A DNA stretch of 64,000 nucleotides from a virus. Its lineage: Duplodnaviria; Caudoviricetes. Where the stretch lies: the IMG/VR virus record IMGVR_UViG_3300037499_000135, positions 5,056 through 69,055 of that record. One strand, 5' to 3'. The position numbers and the translations under genes were made by a program. The number at the start of each line of letters is the position of its first letter. Position 1 is the first letter of the stretch. The notes beneath the pieces are model-generated. The model searched no databases, was not told the DNA's origin, and saw nothing but the letters and a program-made list of their open reading frames with translations. Shown here piece by piece: positions 26,558-35,249 of the stretch.

Positions 26558-26600
26558 GGTGTGCTCCGTGGCGATGGTGTGGGTGTGCGGGGGCGGACGC

Positions 26601-26957
26601 TCAGACGGCGGCGGCAGGCGGGTTGCGGCGGTAGACGTCGAGTGCGCTGCGCCCGTTGACGATCAGGTGCGGGGCGGCCTGCTTGGCGAGCTGCTGCGCG
26701 GTGCCGAGGTCGAAGCGATGCGCGGCGATCCACGCGTCATTGCGTTCCGAGGGCCGCGGCTCGTACTCCCACACGCCATCAGCGCCGAGGCAGAACGGGC
26801 CGTCGAGGACCGCCCACGAGTCGGGGCCGCGCCACTCGATGCTGATCGTGAAGTGACGGCGGAGCTCGGCGTCGGCGGGGAAGATCGACACCTCGAAGCG
26901 GGTCGCCTCGACGAACGGGACGGGCGGCTGGTCGTGGGGTTGGGGTGTGGTGGGCAT
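26601..26957 (-). CDS. Hypothetical protein
   Basis: GAGGA SD before ATG; WEYEPRPSER motif. Confidence 0.7.
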   Translation of the reverse strand: MPTTPQPHDQPPVPFVEATRFEVSIFPADAELRRHFTISIEWRGPDSWAVLDGPFCLGADGVWEYEPRPSERNDAWIAAHRFDLGTAQQLAKQAAPHLIVNGRSALDVYRRNPPAAAV

Positions 26958-26997
26958 GGGGTTCCTCGCGCGGTGGTGATCGTTTGGGGTGGGTCGA

Positions 26998-27561
26998 TCA
27001 GGCGGGGACGGGCGTCTCGCCGTGCTCGAAGCGGGCAGAGCGGGCGGCGGTGACCGCGTCGACAAGGCGTTGCCCGAAGGACTTACGGAGGCCGCGCTCG
27101 TCGTGGGTGAACTCGAAGACGCCCGTCTCGGGGTTGAGTTCGACGAGCTGGAACCAGTACTCGTCGGCAGTGAAGAGCATCGGTCCGTGGTCCCGGAAGA
27201 ACGCGGCCGTGAAGGAGTCCGCTTCCAGGTCGGGCGTGAATTGGTGGTAAAGCCGGTGGGCGGGGGTGCCGGTGAGGAGCAGGACGTTCTGGCCTGACTC
27301 GCGGGCGAGGGCTCGGCAGAGGTCGATGTGCTCGCCCTCGTGTTCGTCGGTGTCGGCGTGCTTGATCTCGGCGAAGACGGTGCGGTCGTCGGGGAGGTGG
27401 AGGGTGAAGTCCGGGAGGTACGGCGTACCGGTGAGGATGTAGCCCTGAGGCTCGTACTCCCAGCGGATGCCGAGAGCGGTCAGAAAAACGGCCCACCTTG
27501 CTTCGAGGCGGCTGCGGAAGCGGTGGCCGGCGTAGTGGGTCTCGATGGCTTGGATGGTCAT
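26998..27561 (-). CDS. PD-(D/E)XK nuclease-family protein
   Basis: FRSRLEARWAVF...WEYEP...YLPDF...FAEIK. Confidence 0.8.
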   Translation of the reverse strand: MTIQAIETHYAGHRFRSRLEARWAVFLTALGIRWEYEPQGYILTGTPYLPDFTLHLPDDRTVFAEIKHADTDEHEGEHIDLCRALARESGQNVLLLTGTPAHRLYHQFTPDLEADSFTAAFFRDHGPMLFTADEYWFQLVELNPETGVFEFTHDERGLRKSFGQRLVDAVTAARSARFEHGETPVPA

Positions 27562-27590
27562 GCGAGGACTCCCGTTAGTTGAATGCCGTA

Positions 27591-27790
27591 CGAGGTGGAC
27601 AGGTGGACAAGGTGGACGCGTGTCCACCACCCCCTGTCTCGCGTAGCGCGTGAGTGAGAGTAAATGTCCTTTTTCTTATAGTTTGTTGGGGTGAAAGTGA
27701 GGCTCGATTTCTCGCGACAGGGGGTGGTGGACGGATGTCCACCTGTCCACCTCGGCTTTGTCCACCAAGGTGGACACGAGCTTGTCCACC
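27591..27790. repeat. Probable replication origin: 10 GTGGAC/GTCCAC iterons in a large inverted repeat around an AT-rich core
   Basis: Hexamers at 27595, 27603, 27612, 27622, 27727, 27737, 27745, 27760, 27770, 27784; GTCCACCACCCCCTGTC(27622-27638) pairs with GACAGGGGGTGGTGGAC(27716-27732); AT-rich 27660-27690; directly after primase stop. Confidence 0.72.
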
Positions 27791-27795
27791 TTCGA

Positions 27796-30420
27796 TTAGT
27801 CTGTTTTGACACAGATCCGGTCCCCCTCCTCGAACACCCATCCACGCGCCACGGCCAGCGACACGGCCTTGTCCGCAACAGGCCGGTCCCGGGACGCGAG
27901 AGCCTTCTTCAACGCCCCGTAGGTGACGCCTCCGACCGTCGAGGCGTGACGGCGCACCAGATGAGCGACCCGCTCCAACGTGAGGTCCGCGTCCTTCTTC
28001 GCCACATGCGACCTGAGCTCGGCGTGGACCTTCGCGTCTTCGGCCCGCGTCTTCTCCGCCAGGGCCTCGCGCTGAGCCCGCAGCACCAGCGCGTCACGCA
28101 CCTTGCACGACGACTCCCACGCGATCTCGGCGAGCTGCCAGTCCTCCTCGGACACCTCGTACCGGCCCCCGTCGAGGAGCGCGAACAGTGCGGCGAGCTT
28201 GACCTTCATCAGGCCGGCGTGGCCGTCGAGTTCGGCGACTTCGAGTTCGCCGCGGCCGCGGGCGACGCGGTCGGTCCACAGCATCTTGCGGATGCGTTCA
28301 GGGAAGGTGATGTCGACCGGGCCGTCGGGGCGCGCCTGGCCGGGGTGGGATGCGAGCGGGCCGGGGAAGCGGGGCGGGGTGTCGGGGATGGCGGGGTCGT
28401 CGGCCCATCCCCAGTAGAAACGCTGCGGTGTGCCGGTGTGCGCGTCGGCCAACAAGACCGTGGCGATGGAAGGCTGGAAGCCGGCGAGGAGTCCGAGGCT
28501 GTACGAGCCGGGCGCGATGTAGCGGGTGCGTTCCTCCGACGCGTTGGTCTGCCCGAGGGCCTCGCCGATCGCGGCACGGCGCAGGGTCTCGCCGAGGATG
28601 GAGCCGGAGCGTTCGGCGAGCTTGGCGAGGGTCTGTCCTTCGTCGACGTAGAAGAACGCGTTGTGGCGTACCTGCTTGCGGACCTTCGCCATGACGGGGT
28701 CGCCCTTGTAGGGGCCCTTCTGGTGGAGTTCGCCGGTCGGTTCGTCGACGGTGCCCATGAACGCTTCGGCGACACCTTCACCCGTGCCGATGGGCAGGCC
28801 GTCGCGGAAGTCGTCGTCGGCCGGGGCCATGAGGTCGCGGACGCATCCGGCGGAGATGGATTTGCCAGATCCGGAGGTGCCGACCATGGCGGCGAACACG
28901 TTGAGGGAGGCGCGGCCGCCGATGCCGGTGACGGCGCGGATGTGGTGGGAGATCATGCCGGACAGGCGGGCGAGGGTGCTGTAGAGGACGAGGTCGCCGG
29001 AGCAGCCTTGGGAGTGGGCGGCTTGGCGCATGTGCTGGAAGACGGGGCGGGCTGCCCAGAACGATTCGGGCAGGAGGCCGGGCCGGGCCGCGGGGGGTGC
29101 GGATGCGTCAGGCTCCGGCTCGTCTTCATCGGCCGGGTCCTCGACCACGTTCCAGATGTCTTCGGGCGGGGCCTGTCGGGCGGGCGGGTTGAAGCGGCGG
29201 GCGACTTCGGCGAGGAGTTGTGGCGGCAGGTTGCGTGCTGCGGCGTGGGCGTCTTGGCCGTGGGCGGCGCGCAGGATGTCTCGGGCTGCTTCGGATTCGT
29301 CGCCGTTGTAGTGGAGGTGCGCCCACAGGGTGGGGACGGTGAGCTTCTTGCCTGTGGACTGCTGGCCGGTGGGGAGGCCTGCGCGTTCGGACCAGTTGAC
29401 GGCGACGTGGTCGTCGCAGACGAGGCTGTACTCGCTGTCCGCGGAGCCTTCGGCGCCGGCGGGGCGCAGCCACTTGTGCCGGCCGTCGGCCGCGGTGCCG
29501 CGGTAGGTCCAGCCCTGGGGTTCGAGGACGTCGCGGAAGGTGAGTCCGGCGGCGAGGATGTCGAAGACGCCGTTCCCGGCCGGGCGCGGGAAGGCGGCCG
29601 CGCGGCGCGGGGCCTGGGGTGCGGTGGCGGCACGGCCGGTGCGGTGGTCCTGCCGTGCGCGCTTCTCGCTGGCGGCTTTGTCGAGGAGTTCGCGGGCGGC
29701 TGGTTCGAGGCGGGCCACGGCGTCGCGCATGACTGCGAGGTCGATGACGTCGCCGGTGCCGGGATAGCTGTGGCTGGGCCGCGGCTCGTCGTGCTTGCGG
29801 TTGACGGTGCCAGGGATGCGCATGAGCCGGTCGAGGTTGCCGACCTGGGTGTCCCAGGTGCAGCCGTGGCTGTAGGCGGCGGCACCGAGGACTGCTTGGA
29901 GTGCGGAGGTCATGTGCTCGACGGCGGCGCGGTCTTCGTCGGTGATGATGTGGTTCTCGGCGAGGGTCCACACGGGGTTGCAGCCGCCGCCGGTGTCGAC
30001 CCAGCCGGAGGGCTCGGGGAGGCCGGCGGAGGCGACGATCTCGCGGACGTGGTCGGCGTCGACCGGGTGGGGCATCTCGTCGAGGCCGGGCTTGTGGCCG
30101 ATGCTGCCGTAGTCGCCGTCTGCCCACAGCCAGGTGAGGGCGTGGGCGAGGTCTTTGCCTCCGCGGCCTTTGGCGGGGTGTTCGCGCAGGGTGGTGACCT
30201 GCGCGTAGATGCCCTTCGGGCGGCGGCCGTCGAGGTCGGTGACGTAGCGGACGGCCGCGGCGAGGCCGACCTCGTCGGTGGTGAAGCGGCGTCCGGCCCA
30301 GCGGTCCGCGTCGGAGCAGATGCTGAGGAGGCCGGGGGCGTCGGCGTAGTGGTAGGCGAGTGACGCTCGGATGAGGTCGGTGTCTGCTGCCACTTGAGGC
30401 GCGTGGGGTGCGGTGGTCAC
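27796..30420 (-). CDS. Primase-polymerase / helicase fusion (DUF3987-like C-terminus), 874 aa
   Basis: ADGD and RLMRIPGT.NRK prim-pol-like motifs; GTSGSGKS Walker A, YVDEG Walker B, GTPQRF. Confidence 0.75.
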   Translation of the reverse strand: MTTAPHAPQVAADTDLIRASLAYHYADAPGLLSICSDADRWAGRRFTTDEVGLAAAVRYVTDLDGRRPKGIYAQVTTLREHPAKGRGGKDLAHALTWLWADGDYGSIGHKPGLDEMPHPVDADHVREIVASAGLPEPSGWVDTGGGCNPVWTLAENHIITDEDRAAVEHMTSALQAVLGAAAYSHGCTWDTQVGNLDRLMRIPGTVNRKHDEPRPSHSYPGTGDVIDLAVMRDAVARLEPAARELLDKAASEKRARQDHRTGRAATAPQAPRRAAAFPRPAGNGVFDILAAGLTFRDVLEPQGWTYRGTAADGRHKWLRPAGAEGSADSEYSLVCDDHVAVNWSERAGLPTGQQSTGKKLTVPTLWAHLHYNGDESEAARDILRAAHGQDAHAAARNLPPQLLAEVARRFNPPARQAPPEDIWNVVEDPADEDEPEPDASAPPAARPGLLPESFWAARPVFQHMRQAAHSQGCSGDLVLYSTLARLSGMISHHIRAVTGIGGRASLNVFAAMVGTSGSGKSISAGCVRDLMAPADDDFRDGLPIGTGEGVAEAFMGTVDEPTGELHQKGPYKGDPVMAKVRKQVRHNAFFYVDEGQTLAKLAERSGSILGETLRRAAIGEALGQTNASEERTRYIAPGSYSLGLLAGFQPSIATVLLADAHTGTPQRFYWGWADDPAIPDTPPRFPGPLASHPGQARPDGPVDITFPERIRKMLWTDRVARGRGELEVAELDGHAGLMKVKLAALFALLDGGRYEVSEEDWQLAEIAWESSCKVRDALVLRAQREALAEKTRAEDAKVHAELRSHVAKKDADLTLERVAHLVRRHASTVGGVTYGALKKALASRDRPVADKAVSLAVARGWVFEEGDRICVKTD

Positions 30421-30737
30421 TGGTGCACCGCCGGGAAGTAGTAGGCGCCGTTGGTCTGGCCGATGCAGCGGGAGTTGCGTACGCAGAGGCGGGGTTCGCC
30501 GACGTGGCCCGCGGGGTGGATGTGCTGGTGGTCGCAGTAGGGGCAGCAGGTGACGACGAGGTAGAGCAGCGGGCGGCCGCTGGCGTCGTGGATGTCGGGG
30601 TCATGCGCGGCGATGAGCCGGGCCTGGGCGGGGCGGAGTCCGTAGACGCCTTCGGGCCGGTCGCGCGCGGAGGGCTTGGGCGTGGGCTCGGTGGCGGGCT
30701 CGTCGTCGAAGAGCGTGGGGGTCGCGGTGGTGGTCAT
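30417..30737 (-). CDS. Zinc-ribbon hypothetical protein
   Basis: CCPYCDHQHIH; ATGA coupling. Confidence 0.65.
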   Translation of the reverse strand: MTTTATPTLFDDEPATEPTPKPSARDRPEGVYGLRPAQARLIAAHDPDIHDASGRPLLYLVVTCCPYCDHQHIHPAGHVGEPRLCVRNSRCIGQTNGAYYFPAVHQ

Positions 30738-31075
30738 CGTTCGTTCCTCCGCGTGTTGATCAGCTCGTCGGCGATGTTGTTGATGGCGTCGACCCACATC
30801 TGCTTCGCGGCGCGGATGGCCTGCGGCGAGGGCTGTTCGTTGAGGTGGGCCCGGATGGAGCGGAGTTGGTCGTGGTCCATGCCGGGCTGGGGCCGGCAGT
30901 GGGGGCATTCGAGGTGGGAGCGGATGGCGCCGAGCGTGACCTCCCACCGCGCGCGTTCGGCGGTGGTGTGGTCCCGGAGCGGGGCGTACTGGTGGTCCTC
31001 GTCTGGGGTGGCGAGGAAGGTACGCGGTACTGGCCAGGCGCCGGGTTGGCGTGGCTGCTCAGGGTTGTCGGTCAC
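30734..31075 (-). CDS. Hypothetical protein
   Basis: AAGGAG SD before GTG 31075; CPHC. Confidence 0.6.
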   Translation of the reverse strand: MTDNPEQPRQPGAWPVPRTFLATPDEDHQYAPLRDHTTAERARWEVTLGAIRSHLECPHCRPQPGMDHDQLRSIRAHLNEQPSPQAIRAAKQMWVDAINNIADELINTRRNER

Positions 31076-31176
31076 TCGGTTGGTGCTCCTTGCGGGAGTT
31101 CGGTGGTCGGGCAGCACGATTTAGCAGGTCAGAGCGCTGTCGCTGTGGGCCTCACCTGCCTCACAGCTTACCCGAG

Positions 31177-31240
31177 GGTGACCGGTCAATTGAGGGTCAA
31201 TAAGTAGGTCGACTGTCACAGAACGGTGACCGGTAATTGC
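31177..31240. promoter_or_regulatory. Direct repeats GGTGACCGGT(C)AATTG (31177, 31225) in divergent intergenic region
   Basis: Read directly; 48-bp period, upstream of RHH gene. Confidence 0.5.
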
Positions 31241-31261
31241 ACGGTCAGCTACGCTGTGCTC

Positions 31262-31453
31262 ATGACGACGAAGGGAGAGCCCGGTCGCGTTGTCCGCATC
31301 GACGACGAGACGTGGGCCGACTACGAGAAGGTGTGCGCCGAGAAGGGCGTGAAGCGGGCCACAGACATGCGCATGCACGTGGTGCGTGAGGTTGCCGCCT
31401 GGCGCCGTCGTCAACGCGACATCGCAGCGGCGAAGAACATCGCTGAGGGTTGA
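31262..31453 (+). CDS. Ribbon-helix-helix (Arc/CopG-like) DNA-binding protein
   Basis: RVVRIDDETWADYEKVCAEKGVKRATDMRMHV: strand-helix-G-helix pattern. Confidence 0.65.
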   Translation: MTTKGEPGRVVRIDDETWADYEKVCAEKGVKRATDMRMHVVREVAAWRRRQRDIAAAKNIAEG

Positions 31454-31455
31454 CG

Positions 31456-31791
31456 TCACCACATTGCTCCTTCCGGCCGGCGCCCGAACTCCGGCACCTC
31501 GGACGGGCACCGGTGCTCGATCACGTGCCCGTGCTCGCACGTGCTGCGGCATGACCAGCGCAGTTCGTGGCCGCCGCTGGCGAGGGTGGCGAGGCACCAC
31601 ATCAGCCGGTTGGGTTCGACGAGGTGGAGTGCGTCGGCGAGCGGGATCGGTTCCGCGTCGGCGATGACCCGGAGTGCGGCCCGGTGTCCGACGAGTTGCT
31701 TGATGACGGGCGCCTGGCAGCGCACGCAGACGACGGGGGTCCCGGCCGCAGAGCGGCGAGGACTGGTGCCCCTCTGCGGCCGGGCGGACAT
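31456..31791 (-). CDS. Zinc-binding hypothetical protein
   Basis: CVRC...HVIEHRC. Confidence 0.6.
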   Translation of the reverse strand: MSARPQRGTSPRRSAAGTPVVCVRCQAPVIKQLVGHRAALRVIADAEPIPLADALHLVEPNRLMWCLATLASGGHELRWSCRSTCEHGHVIEHRCPSEVPEFGRRPEGAMW

Positions 31792-32078
31792 CAGGCGGCC
31801 GCCGTGGCGAGCTGCTCGTGCAGGGCGACGCAGGCGTCACACGTGCACGTGCGGATCACGAAGCCGCCACCTTCGGAGGGCAGGCCCTCGCCGGGGACGA
31901 TGACCCGCTCGACGGGCTGCGCTTTCAGGTCGAAGGTGGGGATGACCTCCGGCTCCGGGGTTGGCCCGCACGGCTTCTGGCAGGTGGCGGTGCAGCCGCC
32001 GAGGCTTTTGGTGGTGCCGTCTTGGCGGTGGTTGAGGTCGCTGTGTCCGCAGGTGCAGCGGTGTCCGATGTAGGCCAT
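31791..32078 (-). CDS. Cys-rich hypothetical protein
   Basis: MAYIGHRCTCGH..., CTCDAC; coupled. Confidence 0.65.
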   Translation of the reverse strand: MAYIGHRCTCGHSDLNHRQDGTTKSLGGCTATCQKPCGPTPEPEVIPTFDLKAQPVERVIVPGEGLPSEGGGFVIRTCTCDACVALHEQLATAAA

Positions 32079-32398
32079 CAGGCGACCTCGCCTTCGTGCT
32101 CGAAGAGGGTGCCGCCGGAGGTGCGGCGGTCGTACATCTCTCGTTGCACGGAGCGGAGTCGGCCTGCGGTGATCTCGTCGTCGGCGACCTCGATCGAGGT
32201 GACCCGGACCTTGACGGTGGGGTTCTTGTCCTCGTCGGGGCCGGGTTCGCTGCGTTCGACGTGGGAGAGCTCGACGACGGCCATCCACCGTCCGCGGCGT
32301 TGTTTGAACATTTCGGTGGCGTGGGGTTCGAGGGCTTCGGCGACGTCGGTGAGGACTTTGGAGTCGAATTTGACGTCGGCGTCGATGGGTTGTGTCAC
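32078..32398 (-). CDS. Hypothetical protein
   Basis: GAAAGG SD before GTG 32398. Confidence 0.65.
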   Translation of the reverse strand: MTQPIDADVKFDSKVLTDVAEALEPHATEMFKQRRGRWMAVVELSHVERSEPGPDEDKNPTVKVRVTSIEVADDEITAGRLRSVQREMYDRRTSGGTLFEHEGEVA

Positions 32399-32437
32399 GG
32401 GTGGTGCCTTTCTCTGGTTGGTGCTGGGTTGTTGGGG

Positions 32438-32480
32438 CCCGGGCCCGCCCCGTTCGGGGGGAAGCAGGGGCGGGCCCGGG
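32438..32480. terminator. 14-bp stem hairpin within early operon
   Basis: CCCGGGCCCGCCCC / GGGGCGGGCCCGGG. Confidence 0.55.
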
Positions 32481-32519
32481 TGACGGCCGCGGCGCAGGGG
32501 GGCGCCGGGGGTTCGGCCG

Positions 32520-32812
32520 TCAGTCGGGGGGCTTGTGGACCGCGGCTTGTGCGGCGCGGTAGGTGTGCGGGCTGGAGCGGCGTTTCCCGGAGGCGATGGC
32601 CTTGTTGTCGAACACTGCGGATGCGGCGAGCGGCGACAGCGGGAAGGTGCTGGCCGGCAGGCCGTACCCGGGCTTCGACTCGTCGAGCCCGGCGAGCGCG
32701 GCCGGGGTGTGGGCTGGGCAGCGGAGGCCGGTGAGGACCTGCGGACGTTGTCGGCTGTCCGGCAGTGGCGGTGTTCGGTGCCGATCCAGTGGGTGCACTC
32801 GCGGCCGGTCAT
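32520..32812 (-). pseudogene. Frameshifted zinc-finger hypothetical gene (1-nt deletion near 32736) or sequencing error
   Basis: MTGRECTHWIGTEHRHCRTADNVRR in one frame continues as LTGLRCPAHTPAALAG...AIASGKRRSS in the next; the span is 293 nt, one short of 98 codons. Confidence 0.55.
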
Positions 32813-33387
32813 GCGTGGGCCTTCACGGCTGCGGTGTGTCGCGTCCGTTCGCCCACGTCGATGAGATGCCGGGGGAGGTGGCAGTCCGTGATGCCGCAGT
32901 CGGATGTGATCTGGCCGTCGGGGTGGTGGCCGCGGTCGACGATGTAGCAGAGCTGTTTGGGTGTGTATGTCTGCCCGAGGTAGCTGATTTTTCTGGGGCC
33001 GGTCCAGGCGAGGTGTCCGCCGGGTAGAGGCTTCGTGTTGTTGTTGAAGATTGTTCGGAGGGTGCGGGGCTCTACAGGGCGGCGGGCTTGTTCGGCTTGG
33101 GCTTTGACTTGGTCGGGGGTGAGGTTGCGGCGTGCGGCTTGGCGGAGGAGGTTGCGGCGTTCTGTCTCGGACATGCCGCCGAGGACGCCGTCGGGTTCGC
33201 GGGTGGCGAGCGCCCACTGCCCGCATGCCTGGATGACGGCGCAGGTTCGGCAGATGGCTTTTGCGTACTCGATGTCCGCGGGGATGGTGCCGGGGAACAT
33301 GGCGTCGGCTTCGTCGCGGCAGGCGCCTTGTTTCAGCCATTGGCCTGCGGGTTCGAGGGTGTCGGGCGCGTAGTGGGAAGCCGTCAT
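32809..33387 (-). CDS. whiB: WhiB-family regulator with C-terminal degenerate HNH-like extension
   Basis: GAC...MFP...AKAICRTC..IQAC...GVLGGMSETER; tail HLAWTG...CY...G...DCGITDCHLPRHL. Confidence 0.85.
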   Translation of the reverse strand: MTASHYAPDTLEPAGQWLKQGACRDEADAMFPGTIPADIEYAKAICRTCAVIQACGQWALATREPDGVLGGMSETERRNLLRQAARRNLTPDQVKAQAEQARRPVEPRTLRTIFNNNTKPLPGGHLAWTGPRKISYLGQTYTPKQLCYIVDRGHHPDGQITSDCGITDCHLPRHLIDVGERTRHTAAVKAHA

Positions 33388-33926
33388 GACGCCACCACCA
33401 CGAGCGGCCAGACGCGGATCACGCAGCCGGGCCCGTCGAGGACATCCGGCGCGTCGGTCCCGGCGTAGTACTTGCCGAGCCGTACGTATTCCACAATCCG
33501 TTGATCGTCGTGCCAGACGACGCCGGTGAGGGCGTCTTCCGTAGAGCGGACGATCTTGGAAAGGTCGGGGAACACCGCCGGGCGGATGGGTGCCGTATCC
33601 CGCAGCAGGTGCGCGTTACGGCCCGTGCGGTAGTGGCCTTTGGGCCGGGCGAACGTGAACGTCATCGCGACCGCCAGCGGGCCGTCGAGGATCGTCCAGC
33701 CGGGCAGAGCCGCAGTCGCGCCGAGCGCCGCGTACTTGACGTCTTGGCGCCACGGTTTGACCTTCTCCGACGACTCGACCATGACGCCGTTGCCGACGTG
33801 CCGCTTCGAGCCTTGCGGGCCGGGGAGGCCGTGGACGGTGACGGTGATGGCGGGTGAGCCGGGCCGGGGCCCGGCCGCCGTGGTGGCGGCCGGAGCGTGC
33901 GGGGTGGGTTCGAACAACGTGGTCAT
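33384..33926 (-). CDS. rusA: RusA-like Holliday junction resolvase
   Basis: PGPQGSK, PDLSKIVRSTEDALTGVVWHDD. Confidence 0.85.
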   Translation of the reverse strand: MTTLFEPTPHAPAATTAAGPRPGSPAITVTVHGLPGPQGSKRHVGNGVMVESSEKVKPWRQDVKYAALGATAALPGWTILDGPLAVAMTFTFARPKGHYRTGRNAHLLRDTAPIRPAVFPDLSKIVRSTEDALTGVVWHDDQRIVEYVRLGKYYAGTDAPDVLDGPGCVIRVWPLVVVAS

Positions 33927-34225
33927 CGGTTTCCCCCGATGGGTGTGATGGTGACGTGTCCTGCGGTGCAGGTGTGCGCGCCCGGATGCAGCACGACCGG
34001 CGTCATCTCGCGGCAGCCACGGCAGTGCCGGAACGCCTGCGGGGCGACCGCCCCGTATGCGGGCTGAGGCCAGTCCGGCATCAAGTCGTCGAGCCGCACC
34101 AACTCGACAGCAGCCGTGGTGGAGCGGTGTCGGCCGTCTGGCCCGGGCCACGCCCGAACCACGGCGAACAGGGCGGCGAGGGAAACGATGAGGACGATCC
34201 CGCCCACGGTGGTCGGCGAGTTCAC
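33923..34225 (-). CDS. Membrane-anchored protein with C-terminal zinc ribbon
   Basis: N-terminal TM, HCRGC...CTAGH. Confidence 0.65.
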   Translation of the reverse strand: MNSPTTVGGIVLIVSLAALFAVVRAWPGPDGRHRSTTAAVELVRLDDLMPDWPQPAYGAVAPQAFRHCRGCREMTPVVLHPGAHTCTAGHVTITPIGGNR

Positions 34226-34527
34226 AGGTCGGCTTCTTCGAGGCGTGCGAGCTCGATCTGTAGGTCGACGCGGTTGGCGGTGAGTGCTTCATGCAGCGCT
34301 TCGGCGAAGGTGCGTACGTCGTGGATGACGGTCGACGGATGTCCGGCCGCCACCAGGTGCAGGGCGATGACGTCCTTCGCGCGGGACAGTTCGCCGGCCA
34401 CCTGCTCCAGCGCGCGGCCGGTCGCGTCGGCGTCCTCCTGGAAGGCGTCGCGTTCGGCGGTCAGCCGGTCGATGTGCGCGGCCTGGCGGGCGTTGCGTTC
34501 CTCGAGACGCCGACGGGACACGATCAC
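34222..34527 (-). CDS. Coiled-coil hypothetical protein
   Basis: GTGA coupling, GGAGG SD. Confidence 0.6.
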   Translation of the reverse strand: MIVSRRRLEERNARQAAHIDRLTAERDAFQEDADATGRALEQVAGELSRAKDVIALHLVAAGHPSTVIHDVRTFAEALHEALTANRVDLQIELARLEEADL

Positions 34528-35249
34528 GACGCCTCCCCACGCAGAGCCGGAACCAGCGGCCACTCCGGGGCGCAGTACGCCTCCGGGTCCGTCTTCCGGA
34601 GGAACTGCTGCAACCCGGCCTGCTGCTCCGCACGCCACGCCTTCTGCGCCGCGAACAACTGCGCCGGCCCCATCGAGTTGAGCTGCGGGTGATAGTCGAA
34701 CTGCGCGTCGGCGAGGAGTAGCGCGGCGAGCGCATCAGCCTCCGCCGTGTGCCAGTCATCCAGGGCGACGCCGTACCGCTCGCACGTCGGCTTCAGCTTC
34801 CGTAGCCCGGCACCGCGGAGCCGCTGGACGCACTGCCGGTCGATGACGTGCGGGTCCAGCAGCGTGAGCGGCTCGCCGTCGAGGCGCTCAGTCATGGTCG
34901 GCAGGCCGTGGCGTACGAGGTTGTAGTGGAGGATGCTCCAGTCGAACGACTGGTTGAACGCGATCACCGGCATGCCGTAGGCCAGAGCCGCAGCGAGGTG
35001 CCCGGCGATCTCGTCGAGTGCCGCCTCCGGGTCGACACCTTCGGCTTGGGCCCGCTCGTCGGTAATCCCGTGCACGGCGCTCGCGGTCGGCGGGATCGGT
35101 ACCTGCGGGTTGATGAGGTACGAGAACGTGCGGTCGTCCAGGCCGCCGCCGCGTACGACGATCGCCGCGGTGACAATGCGGTCCTCGTGCACGCTGACGC
35201 CAGTTGTCTCCGTATCCCACGAGGCGCGGCGGAAGTCGGTGAACTTCAC
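34524..35249 (-). CDS. DnaQ-like DEDDh 3'-5' exonuclease
   Basis: WDTETTG (ExoI), AFNQSFD (ExoII), HTAEADA (ExoIII). Confidence 0.9.
   Translation of the reverse strand: MKFTDFRRASWDTETTGVSVHEDRIVTAAIVVRGGGLDDRTFSYLINPQVPIPPTASAVHGITDERAQAEGVDPEAALDEIAGHLAAALAYGMPVIAFNQSFDWSILHYNLVRHGLPTMTERLDGEPLTLLDPHVIDRQCVQRLRGAGLRKLKPTCERYGVALDDWHTAEADALAALLLADAQFDYHPQLNSMGPAQLFAAQKAWRAEQQAGLQQFLRKTDPEAYCAPEWPLVPALRGEAS

Noticed and set aside
27691-30363. 890-aa plus-strand ORF
   Set aside because: Mirror of the primase-helicase on the opposite strand; no independent signal.
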